A DNA stretch of 64,000 nucleotides, taken from positions 108,263 through 172,262 of IMG/VR virus record IMGVR_UViG_3300020429_000539; one strand, written 5' to 3'. Each line of letters opens with the position of its first letter. Position 1 is the stretch's first letter. Both the position numbers and the translations under genes were made by a program. Positions 45,590-54,039 of the stretch are shown here, piece after piece. The notes under the pieces were generated by a model. It ran no database searches. It was not told the DNA's origin and saw nothing but the letters and a program-made list of their open reading frames with translations. This stretch comes from a virus. Lineage: Duplodnaviria; Heunggongvirae; Uroviricota; Caudoviricetes.

Positions 45590-46227
45590 AAACAGCCAAA
45601 AAACAACCAGAGCAAAAAGCAATGGAGCGGCTTCTTAGGCGAGGCGGCAAGAACTGCTATCTCGATCTGCCGGCAATATTTAAGGACGACAAAGCAAACG
45701 GCGCAAGCGTTGACCTCCTCGACTTGCTCGCTGTGATTGATGCCCGCATTGCTCCTATTCAGAATGTTCAAGGCGTTGTCATCTTTGGTTCTACCATGAC
45801 AGCGCACATCGAATATGAAGAACGACTCGGATTGTTCAATCGCAAAAAGCGCGCAGAGAAACTGCATCAAGCAATAATCAACGATATCGATATCTTCGTA
45901 TTGCTTCAGCCTGGTACAGAGATTAAGAGACGCAAGGTTTATTCTGATGCGAGTTCATGGCACGCAACCTACGGCTACAGCGGTCCCTGGATTAGCCGAG
46001 AAGTTCGACAGGGCGCTCTTGATATCTTTGCGATGACAGCCACCGAGTTCAGCGAAAGACTCGAAGCAGGAGACTCAGAAGCACGAAGCATCCTAGACCA
46101 AGGAGCGCTTGTTCTTGGCAGTTTTCCTTTCGTGCTTCGCAGCAGTAGTAGAGTAGACTGGTCACGAAGAAATAATCCCAACCTTATCCCTCATAAAGAA
46201 AGAGTCATGAGGATTGGCGTTAGATGA
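45586..46227 (+). CDS. divergent Pol-beta-superfamily nucleotidyltransferase-like protein (paralog A)
   Basis: 'VVIFGSTMTAH' (hG[GS]) ... 'INDIDIFVLLQPG' (DxD on a beta-strand) match NTase-fold catalytic motifs, but the GS-to-DxD spacing is unusually long at about 31 aa. The C-terminal 'LVLGSFPFVLRSSSRVDWSRR' is shared with the neighbour. Confidence 0.45.
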   Translation: MKTAKKQPEQKAMERLLRRGGKNCYLDLPAIFKDDKANGASVDLLDLLAVIDARIAPIQNVQGVVIFGSTMTAHIEYEERLGLFNRKKRAEKLHQAIINDIDIFVLLQPGTEIKRRKVYSDASSWHATYGYSGPWISREVRQGALDIFAMTATEFSERLEAGDSEARSILDQGALVLGSFPFVLRSSSRVDWSRRNNPNLIPHKERVMRIGVR

Positions 46228-47072
46228 AAAGCAAGAAACCCGACCAATACGAAGAGGCTCTGACGAATCTTCGCGAAGGGCGGGTTCTTCATGCGCAGCT
46301 TCAGCTTCCTGTACCTGTCGCAGAAGACAGAGATATCGACAAGCCCGTGCCGCAAAGCAGGTCTAAGAAGCGCAAGACGCTTCAGCACTCTATCTCTCGC
46401 GAAGACCTGTGGGATGACTTCGAAGAGTTCTTTGACTCGGTTCGCACGAAAGATTATTCGCGATCCTCTCCATATGGAAGCCTCTCATCGCTCGGTCGTC
46501 GCACGCTGCACAGGATGCATGGAATAGCCTACCCAACCGTTGACTTCCTTGAACTCTTCGACTTCATTCAGAACAAGATTGCAAATCCGGAAGATGTTGT
46601 CGCGATTGTTCTCTTTGGCTCTTCTGTGACCTGCCATCTCGATGTTGTCTATAAGGAGGTTGGCTGGTTCCGCAAGCGCAAGAAGATTGTAGACTCGAAG
46701 CTTCGCTATATCAAAGAGTGTCGAGACATCGACATTCTCGTGCTGCTTCGCCGAGGCGCGAAGAAGAAATGCACGAAGATGGAGATGGACGCCGACGCCA
46801 TTCAAAAGAGCAGAGGCGGGTATGGCGAGATGAAGAGAACGACAACTGTCAAAGGCCTTATTGAGGTCTTCTGTCTTACACAAGACGAGTATGAAGAAAG
46901 CGTCAGGGCCGAGCATTGTGTGAGCGAACACATCGCGCAGTATGGCGTGCTTGTGGCAGGTTCGTTTCCTTATGAACTGCGAAGCAAATCTCGCATCGAG
47001 TGGGGAAGAAAAGGCCGCTTGAGATTCTACCCCGAGCATCGCGGCGTGAGAAGCATCAAGCACAACCGCTAA
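46224..47072 (+). CDS. divergent Pol-beta-superfamily nucleotidyltransferase-like protein (paralog B)
   Basis: 'IVLFGSSVTCH' ... 'CRDIDILVLLRRG' and C-terminal 'VLVAGSFPYELRSKSRIEWGRK'. ATGA-coupled to paralog A. Confidence 0.45.
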   Translation: MKSKKPDQYEEALTNLREGRVLHAQLQLPVPVAEDRDIDKPVPQSRSKKRKTLQHSISREDLWDDFEEFFDSVRTKDYSRSSPYGSLSSLGRRTLHRMHGIAYPTVDFLELFDFIQNKIANPEDVVAIVLFGSSVTCHLDVVYKEVGWFRKRKKIVDSKLRYIKECRDIDILVLLRRGAKKKCTKMEMDADAIQKSRGGYGEMKRTTTVKGLIEVFCLTQDEYEESVRAEHCVSEHIAQYGVLVAGSFPYELRSKSRIEWGRKGRLRFYPEHRGVRSIKHNR

Positions 47073-47118
47073 CGGGTGAAAGTCGAAGCTGCTATTATAC
47101 GCTTCGCAGGAGAATCAC

Positions 47119-47355
47119 ATGACAGCGTTCATCTTCGGTATCATTTCGATCATCTTCGCGCTGGTTATCGGCGCTGTAGGCGGCTTCATCCTCGCCATGT
47201 ATGTCATGGATGAGGCGGAAAAAGAGAAGAAGGCCGAGGGCGCTGAAGATGTTCTTGGCGACGACTGGAAGATTCGTAATCATTGCCGCGAGTGCAATGA
47301 TAAATGCACGGACAAATGCACTTGCTCTTGCCATGACGAAAGCGTTCAATCATGA
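47119..47355 (+). CDS. small single-TM protein with Cys-rich tail
   Basis: 'FIFGIISIIFALVIGAVGGFILAMYV' then 'CRECNDKCTDKCTCSCHDE'. Confidence 0.5.
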   Translation: MTAFIFGIISIIFALVIGAVGGFILAMYVMDEAEKEKKAEGAEDVLGDDWKIRNHCRECNDKCTDKCTCSCHDESVQS

Positions 47356-47576
47356 TTTTCATTGGGATGCTGATTGGCGGACTCTTTTTGGTGGGCCTTG
47401 GCTTTGCTCTCGGCTATGCGTTCTGTCACCACCAGATGACGGACATGCTCATCGACTCGTGCCGACAACACATCGAAGACATGAACAAATCGCTCAAGCT
47501 GGCGGACGAAGAACTCAAGCGTCCCGTGGTCGAAGTTGACCGAAGCGTAGACCTTGACCCTGTTGCCAGCAAATGA
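47352..47576 (+). CDS. small single-TM protein
   Basis: 'MIFIGMLIGGLFLVGLGFALGYAF'. ATGA coupling. Confidence 0.5.
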   Translation: MIFIGMLIGGLFLVGLGFALGYAFCHHQMTDMLIDSCRQHIEDMNKSLKLADEELKRPVVEVDRSVDLDPVASK

Positions 47577-47809
47577 ACGAACTCATCGATAAACTTCTTG
47601 CGCGAGAAGATGACCTGAGCAAAGAGGCTGCTGAGGCTCTCAAGGAACTTGCAGACATCAAGCTCGTTGGCGGCATGGTCAAAGCTCCCGATGGTTCGTG
47701 GTGGCGTCCCGAACGAGTTGTTCAAATACCAGGTCAAGCTCCTGGTGTTGACGGCTGGGTCCGCATGAAGACCGAAGACGACAAACCAAGGATCATCACC
47801 GATGTCTGA
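47573..47809 (+). CDS. hypothetical protein (78 aa)
   Basis: Coupled ORF. Confidence 0.45.
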   Translation: MNELIDKLLAREDDLSKEAAEALKELADIKLVGGMVKAPDGSWWRPERVVQIPGQAPGVDGWVRMKTEDDKPRIITDV

Positions 47810-48551
47810 TAAGTTGATCAACGACAGGTGTCCCGAATGCAGCGCAGATGTTGTATGGACCAAAGCGCTTCCCAATGAAGGCGATGATCGTTTCGAGTGC
47901 GTCAACTGTTCAGAGCGATGGACCGAACAAGAGTGGTTCGCGATGTGGGTGACAAACCGTCGCACGCCCGAGAAGCCATATCCGCCGCACCCTCCGAAAC
48001 TCGAATCGGACGACAAGCTCTTTCATGTCAACTACGAGATCGAATGCCTTGTCGTCGCCAAATCCAAAGATGATGCGCTCGAAGCTCTCAGAGATGAGCG
48101 TTGGCCCGACTGCGAATCTCCGACGCTTCGCGAATGCGCCGAAGTAGTAGAATCGAACGGCACGCTTCCCAACGGGTATGAAACTGACTCTCTTGTCTAC
48201 GGAACACACAAGGGAGACCTCGAAGCAGGTCGAGCCATCGAGCGATTCTGCAAGCCCTCATCCCAACCGAAGGTGCCTGAACCGAATCTCTTCAACAGAG
48301 AAGAAGCCGAGAAGCTTCTCGCGCGAGAGAAAGAGCGCGAAGAATCGCTCAACTCGCTGGTCGCAAATGCACGCGCCGAACTCGACGCCATCAAATCGCA
48401 AGAGCCCAAGCAAGAGAAGTATCCTACAGACGCGCTTGAGCGAGCCGTGCGAGCCCTCGACAGCCTGAGATATGCACGGCACTACGGCATCCTGCCGCAG
48501 AACGCTGACGCAGGTCGTTACCTCGAACAGGCATACATGGGAGAGGGGTAA
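47802..48551 (+). CDS. protein with N-terminal zinc ribbon
   Basis: 'RCPECSADV' ... 'CVNCSERW'. Confidence 0.5.
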   Translation: MSDKLINDRCPECSADVVWTKALPNEGDDRFECVNCSERWTEQEWFAMWVTNRRTPEKPYPPHPPKLESDDKLFHVNYEIECLVVAKSKDDALEALRDERWPDCESPTLRECAEVVESNGTLPNGYETDSLVYGTHKGDLEAGRAIERFCKPSSQPKVPEPNLFNREEAEKLLAREKEREESLNSLVANARAELDAIKSQEPKQEKYPTDALERAVRALDSLRYARHYGILPQNADAGRYLEQAYMGEG

Positions 48552-49198
48552 TGACGATCGGCCACTCAATCAAAATCAGAACTCTGTGGTTCCTCGAAGA
48601 CGGCGATGATGTTATGCCCGAGCTTCTGTGCGCTTGGGACGAATACTGCATCGACGAGAACCCGCAGGGCTACGAAGAAGACATGAAGAAGGCTCATGGC
48701 TCTCGTGGCACGGACGGCGAGTACCGTTACATCGAACTCAGCGTTGATTATGACAAAATCATGAAGGCGTTTCGCCCCGTCAAAGTCAAGGCGGATGTCG
48801 GCTTCAAACTAAGACAGGTCGATGAAGACTCGCGAGATGGACTCGACCAACTCAGCGATGCCTTGTATGGCCGCGAACCCAAAGCAGCCGAATATCTTGG
48901 CGGAGCCGACGCGAAGATACTCAGGGACGCCGCGCTGGAGATTCAGAAACTTCGAGGCTCTGGTCCCATCAAAACCAAGACAGTCAAGACCGAACACTAC
49001 ACGCAATGCAGACGCATGATGTCATGGGCAGGCCGCTGCCAAAGCACCGATATCAACGACAACGGTTTCTGCGCGAATCACGCCAAAGACAGATGCCATT
49101 GCGGAAAGCAGGCAACCAAAGAGTGCGGCCATGCGGGTCAGTTCGTGTGCGGCGCTCCTCTCTGCGATGATTGCAAATGCACGGCGGCAGGCCATTAG
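48551..49198 (+). CDS. protein with C-terminal Cys-rich domain
   Basis: 'CANHAKDRCHCGKQATKECGHAGQFVCGAPLCDDCKC'. Confidence 0.5.
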   Translation: MTIGHSIKIRTLWFLEDGDDVMPELLCAWDEYCIDENPQGYEEDMKKAHGSRGTDGEYRYIELSVDYDKIMKAFRPVKVKADVGFKLRQVDEDSRDGLDQLSDALYGREPKAAEYLGGADAKILRDAALEIQKLRGSGPIKTKTVKTEHYTQCRRMMSWAGRCQSTDINDNGFCANHAKDRCHCGKQATKECGHAGQFVCGAPLCDDCKCTAAGH

Positions 49199-49200
49199 CA

Positions 49201-49512
49201 ATGGACGAGCGACTCGGAAAGCTGGTCAAAGCAAGCGAAGCAATAAAAGAACTTCTCGCCGCTGTTGCTTTCGAGGTCCAAGAAAACTGCGCGCACGAAG
49301 AATGCTACGAGTGCGAACACTATGAAAGCAAGTTCTCGCACGGGCGAGTTAGGCCGCCCTGCCGTATATGCAAAGAATGCAGACTCATAGAAGAAGGATG
49401 GGGATGCGGTTACAAAATCCTCAAGAACAGCAGAGTCATAAGAATCATTAGCAGACGCGAACTCATAGACATGAGAATACCAGGTCGAGCAGGCGTCCCA
49501 AGAACGAACTGA
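49201..49512 (+). CDS. small Cys-rich protein
   Basis: 'CAHEECYECEHYE...PPCRICKEC'. The start is at 'MDERLGK', directly after the upstream stop. Confidence 0.45.
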   Translation: MDERLGKLVKASEAIKELLAAVAFEVQENCAHEECYECEHYESKFSHGRVRPPCRICKECRLIEEGWGCGYKILKNSRVIRIISRRELIDMRIPGRAGVPRTN

Positions 49513-49517
49513 ATCAC

Positions 49518-49883
49518 ATGCCAGACAAAGCCCTCTTTCCAGGTCATCCCGTCATGATTCTTCTGTGGACGTTTCAGACGTTCAAGAACGCCTCGGAAGC
49601 ATCAGCGCCCACCGGCAAACTCGGCCACTCGGCTATGATGACATCGATGAAAGTGCCTGGCTCGGGAGATGCCGTCGCTGCCTCGCAAATACTGCTCGTG
49701 AAAATGAAAGAAGGCATGACGCCCGAAGAAGCCTACGAATGGGCCAATGACTTCGCCAAAAAACATCACGGACCCAACTCAGGTCAACATCCCTTTTTCG
49801 ATGACCATATCAAAATCATGCTGCAAGCTGAAGAACACAAAAAAGAGTTCCTCGAAGCCGCAAAAGCATGGGACTGGTCATAG
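49518..49883 (+). CDS. hypothetical protein (121 aa)
   Basis: ORF in the coupled small-gene series. Confidence 0.45.
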   Translation: MPDKALFPGHPVMILLWTFQTFKNASEASAPTGKLGHSAMMTSMKVPGSGDAVAASQILLVKMKEGMTPEEAYEWANDFAKKHHGPNSGQHPFFDDHIKIMLQAEEHKKEFLEAAKAWDWS

Positions 49884-49909
49884 TTTTTGCAAACAGGAAA
49901 AGTTAGAGT

Positions 49910-49947
49910 GACCGCAACGCACCGCAACATTTCGCGATGACCGCAAC
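49910..49947 (+). repeat. three direct copies of ACCGCAAC in an intergenic region
   Basis: 'gtgACCGCAACgcACCGCAACatttcgcgatgACCGCAACaaaa', about 30 nt upstream of the ATG at 49976. Confidence 0.6.
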
Positions 49948-49975
49948 AAAAAGCTGGCGTTTTTCAAGGAGAATC

Positions 49976-50266
49976 ATGAGCGACCCGATGACACAGGCCA
50001 AGCTACGAGAGGCCGAGATGAAGGCCAAGGATGACGCGCTCGCCAGCTACAAGCTGCTGCTCGAAGGCATCGAACAAGACTACAGGCAGATGGAAGCGGT
50101 ATGCGACGAGATCATTGGCGAGTTCGGAGAAATCCTACCCGACGATATCGGTGTGCAAGTGGCAAAGAGCTTGAGCGCCGAACTCAAATCGTCAGCCGAC
50201 TACATTCAGGCCTTCCTCGCGGGAGATATGGAACGCGCTGCCCTCATCAGGGAAGCAACCGAATGA
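49976..50266 (+). CDS. hypothetical protein (96 aa)
   Basis: SD 'AAGGAG' then ATG. The ORF-table 5' extension runs through the repeat region. Confidence 0.5.
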   Translation: MSDPMTQAKLREAEMKAKDDALASYKLLLEGIEQDYRQMEAVCDEIIGEFGEILPDDIGVQVAKSLSAELKSSADYIQAFLAGDMERAALIREATE

Positions 50267-50268
50267 AG

Positions 50269-50463
50269 TCAAACAGGACATACAGCGTCGGCGAAAGAGT
50301 GATGTGCCCGAACTGCAAGGGCAAAGGCCATGTCATCGATAGCATGGTTCTGTTCGTGCCGATTTTCTGGTTCTTCATTCCGTTCGAACTCAACAGTCCC
50401 GATGGCATCAGCAGAGAAGACTGCTCTCGCTGCAACGGAAAAGGCTTCGTGAAAGTAACCTGA
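50269..50463 (+). CDS. small protein with DnaJ-type CxxCxGxG zinc-finger repeats
   Basis: 'CPNCKGKGHV' and 'CSRCNGKGFV' flank a hydrophobic segment 'LFVPIFWFFIPF'. Confidence 0.5.
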   Translation, partial: SNRTYSVGERVMCPNCKGKGHVIDSMVLFVPIFWFFIPFELNSPDGISREDCSRCNGKGFVKVT

Positions 50464-50474
50464 AAGGACACGCG

Positions 50475-50723
50475 ATGGATGCATTCATGAAGTTCATGAC
50501 AGTCTTGATCGTCGTCGTTCTTGCCTACGCTGGCTGGCAGGTTGTCACGGGTAGCAACGTCTTCGCAAACGCCGTCGTCTTCGCCGTGGGATGCCCTATC
50601 CTCGGTATCATGATTTGGGCGTGGCTCGACGACCCGAAGCGCAAGTATCAAAAAGAGATGCTGAAGCTCGCCAAGTTCTACGAAGCAAAAGCAAAGGCCA
50701 TCGAAGCAAAAGAAAAGAGCTAA
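50475..50723 (+). CDS. small 2-TM membrane protein
   Basis: 'FMTVLIVVVLAYAGWQVV' and 'AVVFAVGCPILGIMIWAWL'. Confidence 0.5.
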   Translation: MDAFMKFMTVLIVVVLAYAGWQVVTGSNVFANAVVFAVGCPILGIMIWAWLDDPKRKYQKEMLKLAKFYEAKAKAIEAKEKS

Positions 50724-50724
50724 C

Positions 50725-51015
50725 ATGCTGGTCGAGACGATCAACCCGTATCTCGTGCCGTTTGTTCTTCTTGCTGTTTTCCTCGGCGCGTATGCTCTCT
50801 CAGAAACGGCCTGGAACCTCGCTGAACGCATCTCGCCCCGCAAGAGAAGCACGGGTCACATGCAATCGATGATGGGCCTCTGGGCTCTCGTTATCGCCCT
50901 TCTGATAACCTTTGAAGCCTGGCTCCTTGTCGCTGCGTTCTTTGCTCTTCCCATTGCTCTCGCAATTCTTGAATGCCTTGCCGAAGCCAACCGAAAGACA
51001 AAGAGAAAATCATGA
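50725..51015 (+). CDS. small membrane protein
   Basis: 'YLVPFVLLAVFLGAYAL' and 'LWALVIALLITFEAWLLVAAFFALPIALAIL'. Confidence 0.5.
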   Translation: MLVETINPYLVPFVLLAVFLGAYALSETAWNLAERISPRKRSTGHMQSMMGLWALVIALLITFEAWLLVAAFFALPIALAILECLAEANRKTKRKS

Positions 51016-51461
51016 AAAGCAAACCAAAATCGCGCAAAGAGAAAATCCAAGAAAGACTATCAGAAGTCGATGCTGAAATGGCCGCTGCCGATGAACTCAT
51101 CGACGGCCCACCCAAGAAAAAGAAAGAAAAGCCCAGCGCCTGCGAGCTATACGAGCAAGCCAGAGAAGAACAACAACTCCATATCAATAGACCCGTCGAG
51201 ATATGGACGCTCTATCGCGTCACAGACGCAGGCGAACACAAGCTCAGAACGTTCTATTGCCAGGATGGACAGTTCACGGATGGCGGAGTATTCATAGGAA
51301 AAATGTACAACAGGTCGCCGCACGCCTACGGAAGATACGTCAGCCTCGCCGTCAAGCTGCCAGAAGGCTCATACCTCAAGTTCGAAGGCATACTGAGCTA
51401 CAGAGAATACCTGAACCTACCTCCCGAAGACCAAACACCGATGCTGCCATACGTCGAATGA
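51012..51461 (+). CDS. hypothetical protein (149 aa)
   Basis: ATGA-coupled start 'MKSKPKSRKEK'. Confidence 0.5.
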   Translation: MKSKPKSRKEKIQERLSEVDAEMAAADELIDGPPKKKKEKPSACELYEQAREEQQLHINRPVEIWTLYRVTDAGEHKLRTFYCQDGQFTDGGVFIGKMYNRSPHAYGRYVSLAVKLPEGSYLKFEGILSYREYLNLPPEDQTPMLPYVE

Positions 51462-51530
51462 ATCGAAATCTTTGAATAGTTGCAGCGAGTGAAAGGCGTT
51501 CCGAGTAGAATAAGCTCAGCGAGAAACACG

Positions 51531-52094
51531 ATGCTCAACGAGAACTGGAAAAAGAAAATAGGCATCGGACAACCAGTGCGATACTGGCAAGCCGTGTTCT
51601 TCGGCCTCGGATATCTCGCCCTCTTCAACCTCTTCGCCATCATACTCGTCAAACAAAACAGAATCGATGACATCCAGCAGTTCGCGCTCGGATACCTCAC
51701 AGGTATCATCGGTATCAATCTCATCGTCTGTGTCCTCGATATCGAAGAACGACTGCAACCCCTCGAAGATAAAATCCACGCAAAACTCAAAATTCTCGCG
51801 CAAAAACTAACAACACGACAAGAAGAAGAGTACAAACCAGACCCAACGCTCCTCGAAGACGCAATGGCCGTACTCGACTACGATATCCTCACAGCTATAG
51901 AAGACCCAGAACACACAGAATATCTTACGACAAAGCTCATGCCCAATCACGACCAGAAAAGGCTCGAAGAAGCAATCAAGAACATCAACAACCATAAGTC
52001 AATCATGAACCAGCCTTCCACGTACGTCTACTCGCCACCCATGCCAATGTCAAAGCAAGGGCTCGCAAGAGAAGCAATGAGCAGGAAAGATTGA
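51531..52094 (+). CDS. membrane protein (start uncertain)
   Basis: 'WQAVFFGLGYLALFNLFAIILV' and 'LGYLTGIIGINLIVCVL'. Confidence 0.4.
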   Translation: MLNENWKKKIGIGQPVRYWQAVFFGLGYLALFNLFAIILVKQNRIDDIQQFALGYLTGIIGINLIVCVLDIEERLQPLEDKIHAKLKILAQKLTTRQEEEYKPDPTLLEDAMAVLDYDILTAIEDPEHTEYLTTKLMPNHDQKRLEEAIKNINNHKSIMNQPSTYVYSPPMPMSKQGLAREAMSRKD

Positions 52095-52451
52095 ATGACA
52101 GACGACCTGAACATCCCAACGAAAGAAGAAGCAACCATCGAAACGGTTGCCCTCGTTGCATATATCAACCACAGAGAAATCGCCGTCGAAAATATCAAAA
52201 GAGCAAGACGAGAAAACAACAGACTACACCTGCTCAATCTCGTCGCATCGTTCCTCACAGGACCACACATCGCGGATACAATCGTCGGATACGTCAACAA
52301 CGACACAAACCAAACAGCAGCAATACTGACAGTCGCAGGAATCGCGAGCATCGTCGCAGGATTCGCGAAAATGACAAAGAATCACAAAACGATTCTGGAA
52401 CAGTTCAAAGTACTCGATGAGTTGTGCGAGACAGAAAAGAATGAAAAATGA
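52095..52451 (+). CDS. hypothetical protein (118 aa)
   Basis: Coupled ORF. Hydrophobic 'TAAILTVAGIASIVAGFA'. Confidence 0.45.
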   Translation: MTDDLNIPTKEEATIETVALVAYINHREIAVENIKRARRENNRLHLLNLVASFLTGPHIADTIVGYVNNDTNQTAAILTVAGIASIVAGFAKMTKNHKTILEQFKVLDELCETEKNEK

Positions 52452-52768
52452 CGCCAGAACAAAAACAACTCGAACAGTCACGAGAGATCCACCAACGTAG
52501 GCTCGAACTCCAAAAAGAAACGCTCAAACGAATCGAGAACATCAAGAAAGCAACGAAGCTGTGGGACTGGCTCAGCCTCGTTGTTGCCGTGTTCACAGGA
52601 TGGATGCTCAGAGAAGTCATCGTTCATGACCCCAGACTGTGGGCATACACCGGCACAGGACTAGGGTGCCTGTTCATCATCGCCGCGCAAGTCCTCAACC
52701 AAAGACGAACACGAGAAGCATGCGAAATGTTTCACGAAGTCTTTATGAAAGAAGAACAGGAAACATAA
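52448..52768 (+). CDS. small membrane protein
   Basis: ATGA-coupled. 'WDWLSLVVAVFTGWML' and 'LGCLFIIAAQVL'. Confidence 0.5.
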   Translation: MTPEQKQLEQSREIHQRRLELQKETLKRIENIKKATKLWDWLSLVVAVFTGWMLREVIVHDPRLWAYTGTGLGCLFIIAAQVLNQRRTREACEMFHEVFMKEEQET

Positions 52769-52769
52769 A

Positions 52770-53045
52770 ATGGAGTTCTCGACAACAGCCTTCCTTGTTC
52801 TCTTCGCCGTCTTTCTTCCCGTTGCATACTGCATCAGGTACGCCGCCGCAGCATGGTGCTACGAGATGGCGATGAAACCATCGAAACGAAGACTCCTCAC
52901 GGTCATCGACGCCACCGCAGCCAGCGCGCTCTCAGCGGCAGGATGGTGGCTCATCGGTGTGCCGTATCTCTTCTACCCGCTCGTCGTCGCCGCAGCGTTT
53001 CTGTACTGGAACGACCAGAAGCATCAGGAAAAAGAAACAACATGA
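52770..53045 (+). CDS. small membrane protein
   Basis: 'AFLVLFAVFLPVAYCI' and 'SAAGWWLIGVPYLFYPLVVAAAFLYW'. Confidence 0.5.
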   Translation: MEFSTTAFLVLFAVFLPVAYCIRYAAAAWCYEMAMKPSKRRLLTVIDATAASALSAAGWWLIGVPYLFYPLVVAAAFLYWNDQKHQEKETT

Positions 53046-53413
53046 AGCACAGAACAATACTTCACAAGCGGATTCTCAGAGAACGAAAGGCCTCGCCGTT
53101 CGGACCTGTCAGAAAGCCGAATAGCAAAGATTACAGAATGGTCGAGTTCCAAACAGATGCCCTACTGAGCCAAGACGGTCTATACCGAACAGCCCGTATC
53201 ATTGCTGAAAAGATACGCTCCCAAGAACCAGAGTTTGGAGCCACCGGCATCCGAGACCTCGAAGACGGAAGCAAAGTCATTTACACGCTGCCTATACACA
53301 AACACAGAACACAAGTGTTCGTTGATGAACTCGGAGAACTCGAAGGCGTAATGAACACGAAAACACTCGAACTACCCGTCGAGTTCAAGGCAATCCTTGA
53401 TTATAGGTCGTAA
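53042..53413 (+). CDS. hypothetical protein (123 aa)
   Basis: ATGA-coupled start 'MKHRTILHK'. The ORF-table extension to 52853 is an overlapping frame. Confidence 0.45.
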   Translation: MKHRTILHKRILRERKASPFGPVRKPNSKDYRMVEFQTDALLSQDGLYRTARIIAEKIRSQEPEFGATGIRDLEDGSKVIYTLPIHKHRTQVFVDELGELEGVMNTKTLELPVEFKAILDYRS

Positions 53414-53539
53414 ACAAGGTTTTTGGCGTTCACTGTACGGGAAAATATAGATGCGCTCGAAAGCCGTATATTAGCGCGTCTTTAGTTTCCAACTCTTAAC
53501 TTATCCCAGGAAAAAGTTAATTACCAGGTTTTTGAAACT

Positions 53540-53998
53540 ATGCTAACTGCTTTTTTAGATGCAATAACTAGTTTACCACATAGGCCATTTTTGGTTGGCG
53601 GCTACATTCTTTTCTGTTGTTCTTTCACTGTACGGGTCTTTCAGTCGTGGCATCGTCACAAGTTTTCAGTGCGTCAGTGGGACTTCCATGACAAAACCAT
53701 CGTCTTCCTCGCCTGTCTCTTCAGCGTTCTGACTTTCTGTCTTCCTACGTTCTTTCTTTGCATCGAACTCTATGTTCGCAGCAAGCGTCAGAAGGTTATC
53801 GAAAAGTTTAGAGGAGCAACATCGGTTCGTGTTCCTGAGAATACAGACAGGTGGCATCATCCGTCTGGCGATGTTCGTGGTCTGTGTCCTTGGGCTATCG
53901 TGCCTGTGGGCGAGCTTGAACAGCATGGTTTCTACGTGGAGCCTCCGTCAGACCCGAGGATGATGGGTACTGTGGCTGGCACTGTTCCTGTGCGTTGA
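53540..53998 (+). CDS. membrane protein in AT-richer island
   Basis: 'FLVGGYILFCCSFTV' and 'IVFLACLFSVLTFCLPTFFLCI'. Base composition is visibly AT-richer than the flanks. Confidence 0.45.
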   Translation: MLTAFLDAITSLPHRPFLVGGYILFCCSFTVRVFQSWHRHKFSVRQWDFHDKTIVFLACLFSVLTFCLPTFFLCIELYVRSKRQKVIEKFRGATSVRVPENTDRWHHPSGDVRGLCPWAIVPVGELEQHGFYVEPPSDPRMMGTVAGTVPVR

Positions 53999-54012
53999 AC
54001 TGTAGTAAACCT

Positions 54013-54025
54013 TGCACTGATTCGG
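54013..54025 (+). repeat. 13-bp direct repeat TGCACTGATTCGG (left copy)
   Basis: Identical to 55951-55963. It lies 15 nt upstream of the ATPase ATG and is followed by the -10-like 'CGATAAT'. Confidence 0.7.
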
Positions 54026-54039
54026 TTCGATAATACGGT

